From Trichoplax sp. H2 (taxonomy: Eukaryota): DNA of 64,000 bases. Below the pieces are notes generated by a model, which saw only the letters and a program-made list of their open reading frames with translations, was not told the origin of the DNA and ran no database searches. Shown here piece after piece: positions 23,511 to 38,458 of the stretch (positions within the stretch are counted from its first letter, which is position 1; each line of letters opens with the position of its first letter). Location of the stretch: assembly GCA_003344405.1 (NCBI GenBank), contig NOWV01000029.1, positions 248,001-312,000 on the forward strand, in the 5' to 3' direction. The translations under genes were made by a program, and so were the position numbers.

Positions 23511-26500
23511 ATGATGGCTATAGTTTGTAAAGTACAATATATTGATGATTTAGATCCATTATCTATCTCTAATTTACCGGAACCGACACGGCCAATCAGT
23601 TTTACTTTTCAAGATGAAATTCCGTTATGTAACCAGCTACCGACGCTATGCAAAATTCTCAAGCCACCCCAGAAGGTGTGTACACAGATAGTCTCGTCTG
23701 CATCATCTAGCGATCTAAGCCACCAGTTGGACGATCAAGAGCTAGTAGAGAGATCGATGATAAACGCTTAATAGAGCTTTATAGCCACTAATAGGTTCGA
23801 AAATAGATATTTGTGCAACCAGACGAATGGAAAGATGGTGTACAATTCTCTAGTATTGCAGCTTTCTATCCTATGCTAATACAGGGATGGATGAAAGTGG
23901 TTGTCAATTCATAGCATACTGCAGAATAACTGCTATAGAAAATGCGGACTAGCTCATTCTATCATCTCTTTCGCCGTCAAGTAGCCCCCATTAAATCGAC
24001 TAAAATCACTTTCCAATACACTAGGATAATTGAACACTCATCACTTATTAAGATGGAGTTTCATCCATCCTCAGTAGGAAATAGTCCTTGTATATAGATG
24101 GCATTTTTTCCCCACTCGAACCAATAATTATATAGCGCCTTCTTCAATCGTAATTCAAGCATAACTATCGTCAATTGATCTATTCACCCTCGATATTCTT
24201 TGCTCTAAATAAAGTTATTTTCATTTCCTATTAATTAGCTTGAAGATGTAGCCTTGCAGTTAAACGTTGGTGGACGCTATTTAGATCTTGAAAGTACCCT
24301 TGCAGAACAATTTGAAGAGTTTGACCTGGAAACGTTCTTTAGCAAGTACTAATATAGATTATTACTTGAATATTGATAAATGGAGATCACATTATTCCCT
24401 TTTTTAATTTATTTGATATTTCCAATTATTACTTTGATGTGAAATATTTACCGTCACTGTTATTCTTTACCATGAAAGAATCAAAATAGTGTACTCGCAT
24501 CATCATCAATTAAGGAACATTACCCGCTTTACGATAAACAATGAAGATGATCTCTACCATATCGAGCAAATCGATCACTAATAACATCAATCGATTTAGT
24601 TTACCTCAGTCTTTTTATATTTATTCATGAATTATTTTACTGACTAGAAAATAGGTGATAATTTTTTCGTCCATTGCTCGCATTACTTTTTCATGTTCAT
24701 AGAATGATTATGATAGAATTCATACATGATTGAAATGTCCTTTATAGGACGCCGCATCTATTCACGACGTTGTTTGGTCATGCACTTATTAGTTTACACT
24801 TTGGGCATCGATAGAATTATTATCGTTATGATAATATTATTATTATACTTGGAATTCTCATAATTTTGGCAATAGTAGATTTATTATTTTCCAATTCATC
24901 TTTTTCATCCGCTTAGTCGTCGTAATGCAATTATTGTCAGGACTCAACTGCCCGTGCGAGTTGACAAAATTACCGGTAAGTGAAATAATTGATTGATTTT
25001 GAAAAATTATCTTGTTTTTTCCCCATGGCGATCCTAATTGAAAATATCTCTTAACTACGTTACATCTTTTACGTATGATCGGTGTTTTCTAAGGCGATCT
25101 TAATAGGAAATACAGTATCTCCGAACTACAGTACTGGACATACTTGCGTATGATTAGTCTTTTGGTCTTTATATTAGTCAACAGTGTAGTAGTTAAGTTC
25201 GTTCCATAGTAAAATAGTTTTTAACCTCAAGAAAGACAATTGCTTAATACTATTAAAACTGGTTGGGGTTTCATCATCAGCAACAATATCTAGAAAATTA
25301 TAGTATTATTATAATACTGTCCGGAAATAATTAAAAGAGAGTGAAAAAAATCATTTCTGTATCAATGGATAAACCACTCCGTATCTGCATGGTACACTTA
25401 TACCATCATTTCAATGTAGAATATAATTGTAAGCAACGGCATTTTGCTGATCAAGACACCAAGTGTGTCTAGACATTATGCTCTACTGTAGTAGTGCAGT
25501 AAATCGTTGGTGTCAGTGTGAACATTTCTATCGGCCGAAATCGAACATAAGCCTACGTATAATATCGTCATGAAACAGTCCTAGCATGATCACAAATTGA
25601 TGAGAGATACAATGCTCCAATCATTATACAATCAACTTAATATAGTATAACAAAATCAAAGGAGGGGCTATTATTAATTATATTGAGGATAAAACGTATT
25701 TTAATTTTACCTCTAATCCATATGAGGTACGCGCAAAACAATACTAATCAAAAAATCAATCAATATTGTAGGTCCGGCCCATTTAATCCATTGATTTCAT
25801 CCAATTATTTCACTCATTAGACTGGAGCACTGTACTATATCATTCTCCAACTTTTATATATAATATAAAAATTGAAAATGGCTCCCATGCAGTTCGTATT
25901 CTTGATTTATTCAACCCATTCATTGCTTTCTACAACGACATCCACTATCAATATACTGTAAAGTAAACTGTAGTACGAGTATACTTTCGCACGCAGAAGC
26001 TTGTTCATTTTACTATCATACGTTTCATGAGGGTCTATAGTAGATATTCCAAGCGAATGTTAGCACGTTTTACACTGTTCTGGTATTTAGATTTTCACCT
26101 ACATTACAGTATAAGGATAAAAATTAATTGAACACTTCACTTGAATGTGAAAACTCTCGTTCAAATACATTCTATACGCCAACATTTAACCTTAAGCGTG
26201 ATTGCCTTATCAACTCGTAAAATGCTTATGATTGTATCAAATAGCATTATTACCAATATTGAAAGTTCTATTCAACCAACCAAGAATAGATACAATTTGC
26301 AATTGTAAAATTGTTGACAATCAATGACTCTTTGTTGCTTTAAGATAATTCATATTCTTAGTAGAAATACGAATTTCCATGTTAGATAGTAAGCTTTCTA
26401 CTACCCAATTGTAACTTTCTTCAAAAATGTTGTTGTCTACTACAATTGAAATCCTAGTTATAATATAGTATTTGAAATTAATTCTTCAAAAACACTAGTA

Positions 26501-29500
26501 GCACTGTAGGATTACAAATGTACATCGATTTTTCATAAACGAAGACCATAGGCCAAGATTAGTTTGATAGGTAAAGTTAATATCGACGTCTTCATTTTTT
26601 CGAATGTGGACGTAACCGGAGAGTAGATAGCAACCATTAGCTAAATTTATATGCAATCTATTCTATAAGCACTATAACATCATCATATTACTTAATTTAG
26701 CTTAAATTTTTACACTATCAACTCTGATCGAAGGAGAATCGATGTTATTAGTAATCCACTTATCACAAGGGTTAATAACAGACAATCATAAAATAGCTTA
26801 CGGCATACTCTGAACGCATCTCTTACAATAACCACTATTTAGTAGAGGTCGTTTAACACAAGAAATCTTTTAGAAAATAACAAAAGCTTATGAAATTTTA
26901 ATCAACATTGGATTTCTTCGTTTGTATTCCAGTAATCCGCTACGGCTATTCACTAATTAATCTCTAATTTGTTACAGTAAATGTAAACAGAAAATCCCTT
27001 ATTTAGCATGCATTTTCGATCTTCTAGAAAGCTCACTGCACAATATTCGTTATGTAATATTTGTAGAACAAAATATGTATATGCACGATACATTTACGTA
27101 TCCGAATGCATGTCAATATATCAAAATTATCATTTTTCTATATCAAATACAGTAAAAAATGCAATCTTTCAATTGAACGAGTCCTTTGGATTTTCTACAA
27201 GCGCTGTTCCTCAAATGGGATTAGCAAAATTAGTAAATTATTAAATGATGGCAATCAAAATCCTATAACACGACTAAATAACATTACGTGGACAAAATTG
27301 AGCCTAACTATCATCGCATCATTTACCGGCAATCAGATTTATAGTACGAGTAAACCTTAACTACATAAATCATTGTAAATTAGGACAATATTTCTTAAAG
27401 TATACTATTTAAGTATCAAGCCTAAATATCTAAACGATATTAAATAAAGTGAATACTAGTTACTTTTAACGCAATTTAAAGTAAATAATCACGCAATTTT
27501 TTTAATTAAAGCCAAAAATATTTAGATACGATTTAAAGAAAAATATTATATTAAGTAATTATTGAATCATTTCTTCATAACTAGAAACGATTTTTAAATC
27601 GACTGGTAGGGAATTACGCAGAATATTATTCTCTTTGCGACAAATATTTGAGGTACTTCATAATTAAAATGTCATATTCGTAAAATAAATGTTTAACTAA
27701 TACTACAACAAAATATTTGTTGAAACAGTTATGAGAATCGGCAGGCAAAAATTATACTAGATTAGATTTATTTTGTTATTATACATGCGACATGTATATG
27801 TATACGTATAAATTAGGATCTAGTGAACAGGATTACAGTAATGAACCCTAGGAAGAGAATTACTGCTAAAAGCATAACAAGTTAACTTTATCTTCATATA
27901 ATTCGGTTATGGTCACAGGAAGATAAAGATTTAGTCGACGAATTTGTTAATGCTGATGGACTAAGCTGTCTAGTAACTGTTGGAACAGATGCTGATCAGA
28001 ATTATCAGAGCTATATATTAAGAGGTAATATTAAGATAATAAGTTAGCAATTTCTCCACTAATAGCAATATTACTATACCACCTGTAATATAAAGAACAA
28101 TAGCATTCTAATCACGATATAATTGTATTAGCCAGCAGTAAATTGATAGTTATCGTTTAAAACATGCCTCTTCTAACAATAATCAATTAGCTGTATTGTG
28201 CTACCAAATTTTTAACTGTGTCTTTACCATAGCAATAAGTCAAATCATGCTATATGTTGACGGAATGAATGGATTAATTGAATCTCCTGAGACCATTACT
28301 TGGATTTATTCACTTACTGCGTCGAAGGTATCTTTTTGAATTTATAAATTGAAAGGGAAAATAATTTTAATTTATTCGGATATCTCAATCAGCAATTTAT
28401 TATTAATACTGCCTATCACAATATTGTAGCTGTAAAGACGTTTATGACTCTTTTATTTGGATCTGTATGCTTTTAATATTCTAAGAAACTAATGAAATCT
28501 ATTTTACCTCTACAGTATTTTATGGTAGCCAAGACCGCATTAAAGCTGTTGATAATTTTTCTTGAATATGCCGAAACAAACGGAGCAATCTTAAGAAATG
28601 CAGCCATTGATGTCGATGAAGACGACGGTATCAGCAGATATTTATGACCGCAGCGATTTAGACTGCTACCTAATAATAATATCGATAATGATTAATTATC
28701 AACATATTACCAATATAATTATTGAAATTTACAATGCAGGGGAAAAACCTTTCGCTAAACTGATGGACATACTACGAGAAAAAACTGGAACAGGCGATCC
28801 CACCTTGCCTACCTTAGCACTAACACTAATTAATAAAGTAATAATTACCAATTAATACGTGAATCATATATATATCTGCTATAATCTCCATATTTTAATT
28901 TATTTTGCAGATATGTGCAGCAGCCGTTGATCAGGATACCTATTATGATATTACTGATGAGCTTGAAGAGCAAGGAATTGAATCTGCTATGAAGGTGATA
29001 TTTTACGTCTATGAATATTATAATCAAAATAATTTAGTTTGCATGCCAATTAAATGATATTATAAACATATACTATCGGTTTACCTAAAGTTTCCCTAGC
29101 AAAATTGTAAAAAGTACAATATATCATGACTTTTACCCACTATACCTTATATTAAACAGAAATTACAAAACAAGCCTAAAGTTCCTGCAGATCTCCAAGA
29201 TCAGATACTAGTGTATGAGGTAATCAGAGAACATCATTTTGTTTATAGAACTTCTGTTTATTTAGCAAGTAAGGCTATATTGCTATAGGTATAGTAATCA
29301 ATGCTAACACGTTACTATCCTTATGCTGCACTAGACGACGCTTAAAATTGAAGATGGCGAGGATATTTCAGAAGAAATTATGGCAAAGTAAGGAACAATA
29401 ATATTAAGGCCAGAGGAGAACTTGTATTTCTTCTTCAAGATATATTTCAGTCCTTTACTGTACTTTGCCACATTGAACACTTTAAATTTCTCGGCACTAA

Positions 29501-32500
29501 TTAATACATGTATCATTTTATGATTACTGATTATAAGAGTATATTATTGCTTCTTATGGATTATAAAAGTAAGTTAATTAATATCACAAATAATACTTAA
29601 AAGTATTTATTATCTAATTTATCAGATTGTCCAACTATGGAGTGAGAAAACGAATGGATGCTTGTAAGATGATTGTGACATACGTATTTGTTGTTAAATA
29701 AAAATTTAGCTTATAATCCTTTATAATTTATAGTGTTAGCTGAAGTACGATATGCCATATTATGCAATTTGTCCCTTAGATTATAATTTAGTAAATCATC
29801 ATGTAGTAATCACAAGAATGAGCTAACTTTTCGACTTTATTAGCTCCTGCTAGAGGTAGATCTCAATCTGAAGACGTTGGTAAACGTCGACTTTCTGGAA
29901 ACTCTATTCCCGAGTTAACCGAAGAACAACAACCTGAACTTAAATATCACGGGCCAAAGTATGTACTACATTATAAAATAATACAGTATAAACACATAGT
30001 AAAGCATTCAATATCTTCGAAATAATCAATCATACTTCTCATAAAGTGTATGTAAATATAAAAAGATTTCGTTATATTTATGATTGCAATATGATTAAGA
30101 CAAAATTACTTTTCATACTTAATAGAATGAACGATAACATTTATTTGGCAAATAAAAAGAGACCAATCCATCATTCTCGATCTCCTGCAAGAAAGATGTC
30201 TCCTAGTATAATCGATTCCAAACTTGGTTCAAATGAAAATAGACGACCATCAATTGATTCTGTTGTTGCTTCAGAGAATCGTTACTCAGCTATCTCTGAT
30301 AGTTCTAAGCAAATTTTACAGAAATCGTCCGACGTACTACGATCTAGATCAAGTTCATCTGATTCTACTGCTAGCAGTAGTAGTAGCTACAGTTCCCAAG
30401 GCCCTCTAAATAGACCTGAAATTACAAGTAGTGGTACTGAACGTAAAAGAAAAGGGATTAAGATTGATACTAGTAAGAACATAAAGTTGACACCTTCAGT
30501 ACCAAAGAGGGATTCAAGTCGAAGTAAGTAACTCTATTTTTCAAGCTTTACAAAAAATCTGAAATAAATAATTTTATATTATATATAATCAAGGCTATTA
30601 TAGGATAAAAACCTAAATTTAAAGTATGTTTGCGATAGGTGCAGTTCACAAACCTGTACAAGATATTCATCAAAGCAGTCAAGAAATACCAAGTCATCCA
30701 CGTGTTGATAATACCACTCCTAGCAGAAATCTTAATTTAAATATTGAAAAACGCGATCTTATACCTGCTGGACGTTTCACCCGTAAAGGTATAAGCAATA
30801 GACCTGTACTTTTACGAAGTGCCCATCCCGATTATAACGCAATCAACGAAGGCACTATCAATAGGGACGATAATATTGAAAATGCGAACGAACAAGAAAC
30901 ACAACCAACAATTACGAATTCCTCGGTTTCATATACTGGTTCAAGTACAGTTTCAGAAAAAGTAATAACTAGAGTATCAAGCGCAGAGACAATAACAGAA
31001 AAAGTAATAACTAGAAAATCAAGTGTAGATACAGTACCAGAAAAAGAAACAGCAAGAAAGTCATCTGTAGCATTAATTCGCCACAGTCCATCGTTAAGTA
31101 CTGAAGACCAGAAGCGATTGCAAGATCTACCACAGGTTACAAGCTATGAAAACGATGAAGATCATGACTTGAATAAAGGTAGTATAACAACAACAAACCA
31201 TAATGATATTGGTAGAGGCGTAGATATCGATTTAGATGACCAGAAGATATCAAAGATGAACGAAGAACAAAATAATATAATAGAAAATGAAACATATAAT
31301 ACGAACGAATCAAACCAAAAGCAGGAAATTGATCGAAAGCCTGAAGGTGATCAGGAAAAATACCGTAGGAAGAAACCAAAGCAAAATATGAGACAAATGA
31401 GAAAGACACGCTATATGACATTATCTGGCTTCCGTGATGAGGATGGACAGCCGGCTAAGCAAGGCATAGACAATAAAGCTTGGCTTATGAATATGCTGTA
31501 TTCACAAGGTACACCTGGTGTTTCTACAAATAGAGACAACATAATTTCGGGCAATCAAGAAGAAGACTTAGCACTTACCTCTGTTCAAATGACTGCTGAT
31601 AAATTTGAATTCGGAAGTGAAAAAGCACCTGAGATAAAAATTTCTTCCCTTGACGAAGATTCGACATCGAACAAGCTTAGTAAAATTAAATCATCGCTAG
31701 GGCTGGGATCTATTGATGTTAATGTAACACCAGGACCAGTAGCAACGACGGAAGAGAACGAGTCCTCTGAAATATTAGATGACGAACTGCCATTTGAAAG
31801 AATGGATATCTTACCAGAGAGGCCATTAGTAATTGGAGATTTAAATTTTACTGACTTAACTGATGAAGATGATGTAGATAATTTAATTGCAAGTGTTATT
31901 ATATCACCTACTACTGTAACACCATTAGCAGGTGGCATTCCTCCACCGCCACCTCCAATGCCACTAGGTGGGCCAGGTGCACCTCCTCCACCCCCACCAC
32001 CTCCACCGCCAGGAGCACCTCCACCACCACCACCGCCAGGTCCTTCTGGATCTCATGGTACTTTATTATTATCACCAGATAAATCAAAAACGAAACTGAT
32101 ACGATTACACTGGGAAGAAATTAGACCTATCTCGACTAATATCGATGCAACAATTTGGAAATCGTTATCTACAATTAATATCGATAAAGAAGAATTGGGA
32201 CGTCTTTTCGAAGCGAAAGCTAGAAGCCCAATAAATAAAGTAAACTACGGATCTTATTGTAAACTTTGTCATTATTATAGAAAAATTAAAAGCAATTTAG
32301 AAATAATGTTGATTACAAGGATTTACATCCTAATTTACATTAATTTCCTTTTACTTCCTTGCCACAGCCAAGTGACTCGATTCAAAAAAAAGAAAACATT
32401 ATTGTATTAGATAGCAAAAGATCTAATGGTATTAATATTGCACTTGTAAAATTGCCACCTGTCAATACCATCAAATCTGCTATTTTAAAAATGGACAATG

Positions 32501-35262
32501 AATGCATAAATAGGGAAGGAATTGAGGTGGGTTCAAGGCTAATGATTTTAAGATAAAGATATACTTGCTGAATACCAATTACAAAATTGGTACATGCTAT
32601 CTATTAAGATTAAAATGACATTGTTAACTTTTGTAATATAACAGTAAAAATCGATTATTTTTTTAGCGATTACTGAGCTTAATTCCTACAACTGAAGAAA
32701 TTTCTAAAATTGCTGAAGCAGTGGTAGAAAATCCTGGTATACCTCTAGCTACAGCTGAAGCTTTTCTACAAACTATATCAACAATTCCGGAGCTGGAAGC
32801 TCGATTAAGACTATGGGCTTTTAAGATTGATTACGGTATCATCGAAAAGGTAGGTCATTTGTAGCTTGTAGATCAAATACTTTATCATTAGTCGATCATG
32901 ATTTAGCCTTTATTCCGATGTTAAAATATTATAGCTACCCTACTATTCCATCTAGTCAATTATTAGCACTAAATATTAAAATCATCATTCCTAAGTTTCG
33001 AAATTTCTGCTTTAAGGTGCCATTTATATATTTTTAATATCCTGAGAGAAGTACTTATACGCGTATACGTAGTATTACATGAAAATAAAATACACATTGG
33101 ATAAATTGCAATCTTATTTAAATACGATATATACAAATCATTTATACGTAAAATATGTAATGTGCCTATACCAATTATGAATAACTCTTTTTAGAGAATA
33201 ATTTCTATATATTTAGCCGTGGATTATGGTTTGACTGTGTTCAATTTTTTAATTAATCAATTATAGGGAGCTGCTGAAGCACTCATGGACTTGAAGCAAG
33301 GTCTTAAGCAGTTGCAAGAATCTGAAACATTTAAATATACTTTATCTACAATTCTGACTGTTGGCAATACCTTAAATGGGAAAAATGTAAGTATAAAAAA
33401 CGATACTAAATATTTTATTTCTTTTATGGCTATTTCTAAGTATGACACGAACTATGTCATTTCGTGCATGTTTTAGGCTGCAGGCTTTAGCCTGAATTAT
33501 CTGACTAAGATACCAGAAATCAAAGATACTACAACTAACAAACAGTCACTTTTAACGCACGTGGCAAAAATTGTCATGAGTCAATATCCTGACAGTTCAG
33601 ATTTATACAGTGATTTTGGTGCCTTACACCGATCTGCTAAGGTATCATGTTACGTGTCGCTTAGTAACGTAGAGATGTGAAATTGCATCTTAAGCGTTAA
33701 TTAATGTGCCTTTTTCTTAGACGTAAATTTAACAATCCAACAATAAAAATTATAATAGCTTACATCGCGATTTTGAAGCGATCATATCATTGCCATAAGT
33801 TTATCTTGTGTGTCTCAAATTATCTATTTTATACGTGTAGGTGGATTTCGAAGAACTCGAAATTGGCTTAGTTCAATTAGAGAAAGACTGCAAGGCGGCT
33901 TGGATTTATTTACGAGCTATAGTCAAACATGACTCAAAATCATCAATAAAACCTATGTTAGATTTAGTAGAACCTTTAAAGTTTATAAGAAATACAATAA
34001 TATATACTAGATTCAACAATAGGAACTAAGCTAAAGCAAAATATCCCTTCTTTACTTCTAATTTAATAATGGTACAACAATTCTGATAACTGATTTCGAT
34101 CTTCTTACCTCTAGCATGACAGAATTTCTTACCGATGTTGGCGAACGATTACTTGTTCTTAAAGTTGTTTATACAAGGATATTAAATCGGTAATATAATT
34201 TATAACGAATTATTTGAAGCAATAGCGATATGTGAATGCTTATCTAATTTTACGTAAAGTTAAAGATAGTGAAATTGGAATCCAATGTGATGAATTATCA
34301 TTTATTCAGAGCTAATATGTATATCAATTACCCTTAGATTCAATAATCTGTTGCTTTTTTATGGATTTACGAAAAGCATCGTTAAGGATATGAGGGTAAA
34401 TATGAACAAATCCTTTTCAAATTTAAATCTATCGCGAAAATGATCATAACGGATGTTCGCTAGAACTTAGTATTTTCCATTTTTTATTTCCCTTCTAGAT
34501 CAACGACTTCTTGAAAATTGTAACCGAGTTTTCCTTAGAATATAAAACTGTTAAAGGAAAGTTACTAGACCAAGCACGAAAGAAAGAAGTCCAACGTAAA
34601 CGTAGCGAAACTAGAGGAAGATTAATTACAGACGTAAGTATCATACAGACACTAGAAACGAATTGTACCAAATATAATGAGAAGGTTTTTATTAAAATCT
34701 TCTCGGTTCCAATATTAGATTGTATTAATACATTAATGATCCGTAATTTCCATCAATAGGACAATAAAATAAGACCCACATCAAAGGAAGCTCTTAACGT
34801 AAGTGCTCTTGAAAATGTACTTGGTAAGGGCAATGTATCGGAAGGCGGTCTAGGCCGTAGGCGCAGAAAAGATTTAGCAACGAATCAAGTAAGAGATAGT
34901 AGCCTATCACGCGATAGTGCCGATGATGCAGTACTAGATGAAATTGTCAAGACAGCATCTAAACAAAATCCTAGAAGTGGAAGAGGACCACGTAAAAAAA
35001 CCGCTCATAAGGATCGTAAATCAAGTAAGCGTAGTTGCAAGTATTCGTATTTTTGACATCTAAAAAAAGTAGAGAGAATTACTACAATATAAACTAGTGC
35101 ATTATTACTTTACATAAAGTTATAAACAATTTATGCCAATACGTTTGTATTTTATGTTTATTTACAATTTATTAAAATCTAGTGCGAAGAACTATCAAAG
35201 GTGGTATAGATAACGAAGATCTTATAACTGCTGCCCTACTGAAGCAACAACAAAATGCCTAA
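23511..35262 (+). CDS. FHOD: FHOD1/FHOD3-type formin, ~25 exons
   Basis: N-terminal domain [17 protein letters not shown] (23511-23675). FH3 armadillo exons include [21 protein letters not shown] and MLYVDGMNG. Poly-Pro FH1 lies at ~31935-32045. FH2 motifs: [40 protein letters not shown]-like C-terminus [10 protein letters not shown]...DRKSMRRTIKGG. Splice sites are GT-AG. Confidence 0.93.
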
Positions 35263-37289
35263 GTCATCTAATTTATCACTCGCAAGATATATCCATTCAT
35301 TATCGTTGGATTATAGTCATGAAAGCGGTTCACATGAGATAATTGCTTATCTAAAATCAAATTTAACTGACTTAAAAATTGGATTCTACAGTATTATCAT
35401 CTGCATAACAATAACATTTTAATAGGTCGGTTTCTTACATTTGTGTATCTTTATAAAATTATAATGCTCCTATAATTTCCCTACTGCCATTTTATATTTT
35501 AAATCGATAATTTTGAGATAACTGCGATGGCCTAGCCATTTATTACTATATTGAGTTTAATTTTTAAGCATTAATATTATTGTTATAAACAGCAAAGACA
35601 ATGATAATCTGTGTAAATGCATGCGTACGTTTACCGTAATTCTAACTTATCAACGAAAAATTTTTCATGAAAATTTTAGCTGTTTTTTATTGCTACTCAC
35701 AATGATGTACTTTTGTGATTGATCGTTTTTCGTAATATTATTTTTTATTATAACATTTTAACTCTTAATATGAATTTTAAATGCAAATATCTATTCACGT
35801 TTGGTGATATGTTCACGATCTACTTTAAATTTTTTCGTACAGTTTGATATTAACTAACATATAACACTATCTATGTTTAAGAGATTGCTATAAATTGTAA
35901 ATATCAATTTTCAAAACGATGAGACTGGCACCATGTAGTTACATTATTTTGAAATGCCATTAAGGAGAGTATTATATCGGTATCACTTTTCTATCTAACC
36001 GTATGCCTTGCATATTTTTGGCAATTATGTATGTTAAAGGAATACCAAAATTGTTTTAAGATACTTGTTACCATTCCAATGCAATGCAGTAACTATTAAT
36101 TATAGGAAACTGTATTTAAGGCTTAATATTTATAAATTTGAAGTGAAAAGAATTAATTATAACATTTATTATTCGTTAAAAGTACTGTTCGTAGAATTTT
36201 TATGTCACAAGCCTAGTTTTTTTAACTGAATTCGGTTAGGCATATACATAGACTACTAGAAGGTAATCTTTTAGTAGCACATATGTCATATATGACTTAT
36301 GAGTATTATACTCGTAAAACTATACAGTTAGCAACATTCGAATTGCGTAGCATATATTTTATGATGCATTAATCTTCTATATAAGTGTTGATACGACAGC
36401 ACTGCAGCTACTGCTGTATGGTTTCTTCAAGTAATAAAATAGTTTCCATCACAGGTATATACCAAAGTTAGGGTGATATGTGAGTTTACATTTAGAATCA
36501 TATAGGTGAACTCCTTTGTTGTATTGTGTAGTATGGGGTACTTTATATAACAGTATCTGACTATTTTCTAGTTTACGATCATCGTTTACCAGGAAATATA
36601 TGTGGTATGGCATAAACATCAATACTAAGTTAAATAATAACTGTTGAAGGAAGCACAGTTAGAACAGATTGCATTTTCATTTCTGTATCATAAATAAATT
36701 ACAAAATCACAATTATCGCATAACATTTGCAAACTTTATTAACTGTAAACACGGACGAATACATAAGCTAATTCAGTACTACCTACGAATTTACAGTATA
36801 CTGCCATAGTAACATAGAACAGCAATTTCTCTGAATGTATTTGAAATTCTTTGATTAAAGGACTGGAAAATGCCTGAATCAAAGTTTCTTGAGCAAATCA
36901 AGTTCTTAAATCACTGATACCCTAGCAAGCAATATTATAAATTTACTGCAAAGACATTATGATTTAATAGCCGAGGATGAGATTAAAACTAGGTAGCTAA
37001 ATACATCAAGACACATAAAACGAAACTGCTGAGCTACTAAATTATAAAATCAAATACTTATCATAACTTATGTTGTAGGCCATTCACTAGCAAGATCAAC
37101 TATTAATGCAATCACTATCAAGATTAATTAAGCCAGACAAGAGTCAAACAATACACTAATGACTGAATCTCTCCTGTCTTTCATGATTTTTAGACGACTA
37201 AGAACATTGGTAGAGCAGGGATGATGATACTTAGACCTACTATAAATTTGTTTATTCATATCTTGTCTTATATTGACATGGTATCGGTT

Positions 37290-38450
37290 AATAGGATAAA
37301 GTTATGATGATAAAATAGTATCTTATCATGTAAAGATAATGATAGCATATAAAGTCATCTACGATTACAAAAGGTTATGATTGACCCATCTTTCTATTTG
37401 TCTATCTATATCGACTATTGTATAATGATCATATAAGTATATTTCTTATTCACATATGATGATAACTGTAATGATGGCATATAGAGCTTCCCACGATTAG
37501 GATAGGTTACGATTGATGTATATTTTATTCGGTTATTTATGCTGAAGTTATACAATGACAATAAAAAATTACATAATCGTATTTCTTATCTAAATATGAT
37601 GACAACGATATCAAATTAAATTTTCTATGATATAACGATTTCTGATTGATCCATGTTTCTATTTATCTATCGACATTGAAGCTATATCATGATGATAAAA
37701 TAATTACACGAGTGCATTTCTTACCTACATATGATGATAATGACAGCATATACGTAGTATTTGTCTACAATTACAACAAATAATGATCGATCCATATTTC
37801 TATTCATTTATCTATATTAAAAGTATACCATAATCATTTTCTTGAAAGTATTTCTTATTGACATATGACAATAATTAATAATAGCATATAGAATTAATGT
37901 GATCGATCTATATTATCTTGTGTTCTTTTATCTATATTAAATGTACACTATAATTACATGGGTACATTTCTTATTTGCATGTGATGATAATGATAGCATA
38001 TAGAATTACATATGATCGATCTATATTTCTATTCTTTGATTTACAGTACATTAAATGTATACGATAGTTACATGGGTACATTTCTTATTTGCAAGTGATG
38101 ATAATTATGATAACATATAGAATAAAAACGATCGATCCATATTTCTGTTCCTTTATCTATATTAGAGGTATAGCATAATAACTATATAAACGCATTTCCT
38201 ATTCCCATATTATAATGATAGCATACAGAATTAATGTGATCGATTCATATTCTGTTCCTATATCTATTTTAAAGTTACAGCATAATAATTACTTGAATGT
38301 ATTTCTTATGTACATTGTACATATAACGATAGCGATAACATATAGAATTTTCTACATTATAACAAACAGGTTGCAATCGACCCCATTTCTATTTGTCTAT
38401 CTACAGTATATTAAAGTTATTGCATAATGATGATATAAGTCTATTTCTTA
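37290..38450. repeat. Degenerate tandem repeat, ~9-10 units of ~114-140 bp
   Basis: Blocks resembling GTATTTCTTAT..ATATGATGATAATGATAGCATATAGAATT and GATCGATCCATATTTCTATT recur directly downstream of the ARV1 stop. Confidence 0.75.
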
Positions 38451-38458
38451 ACCGCTAT

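Noticed and set aside
28328..28515. Possible U12-type intron in FHOD (donor GTATCTTT)
   Set aside because: The donor deviates from GTATCCTT and there is no clear TCCTTAAC branch site, so U2-type is more likely.
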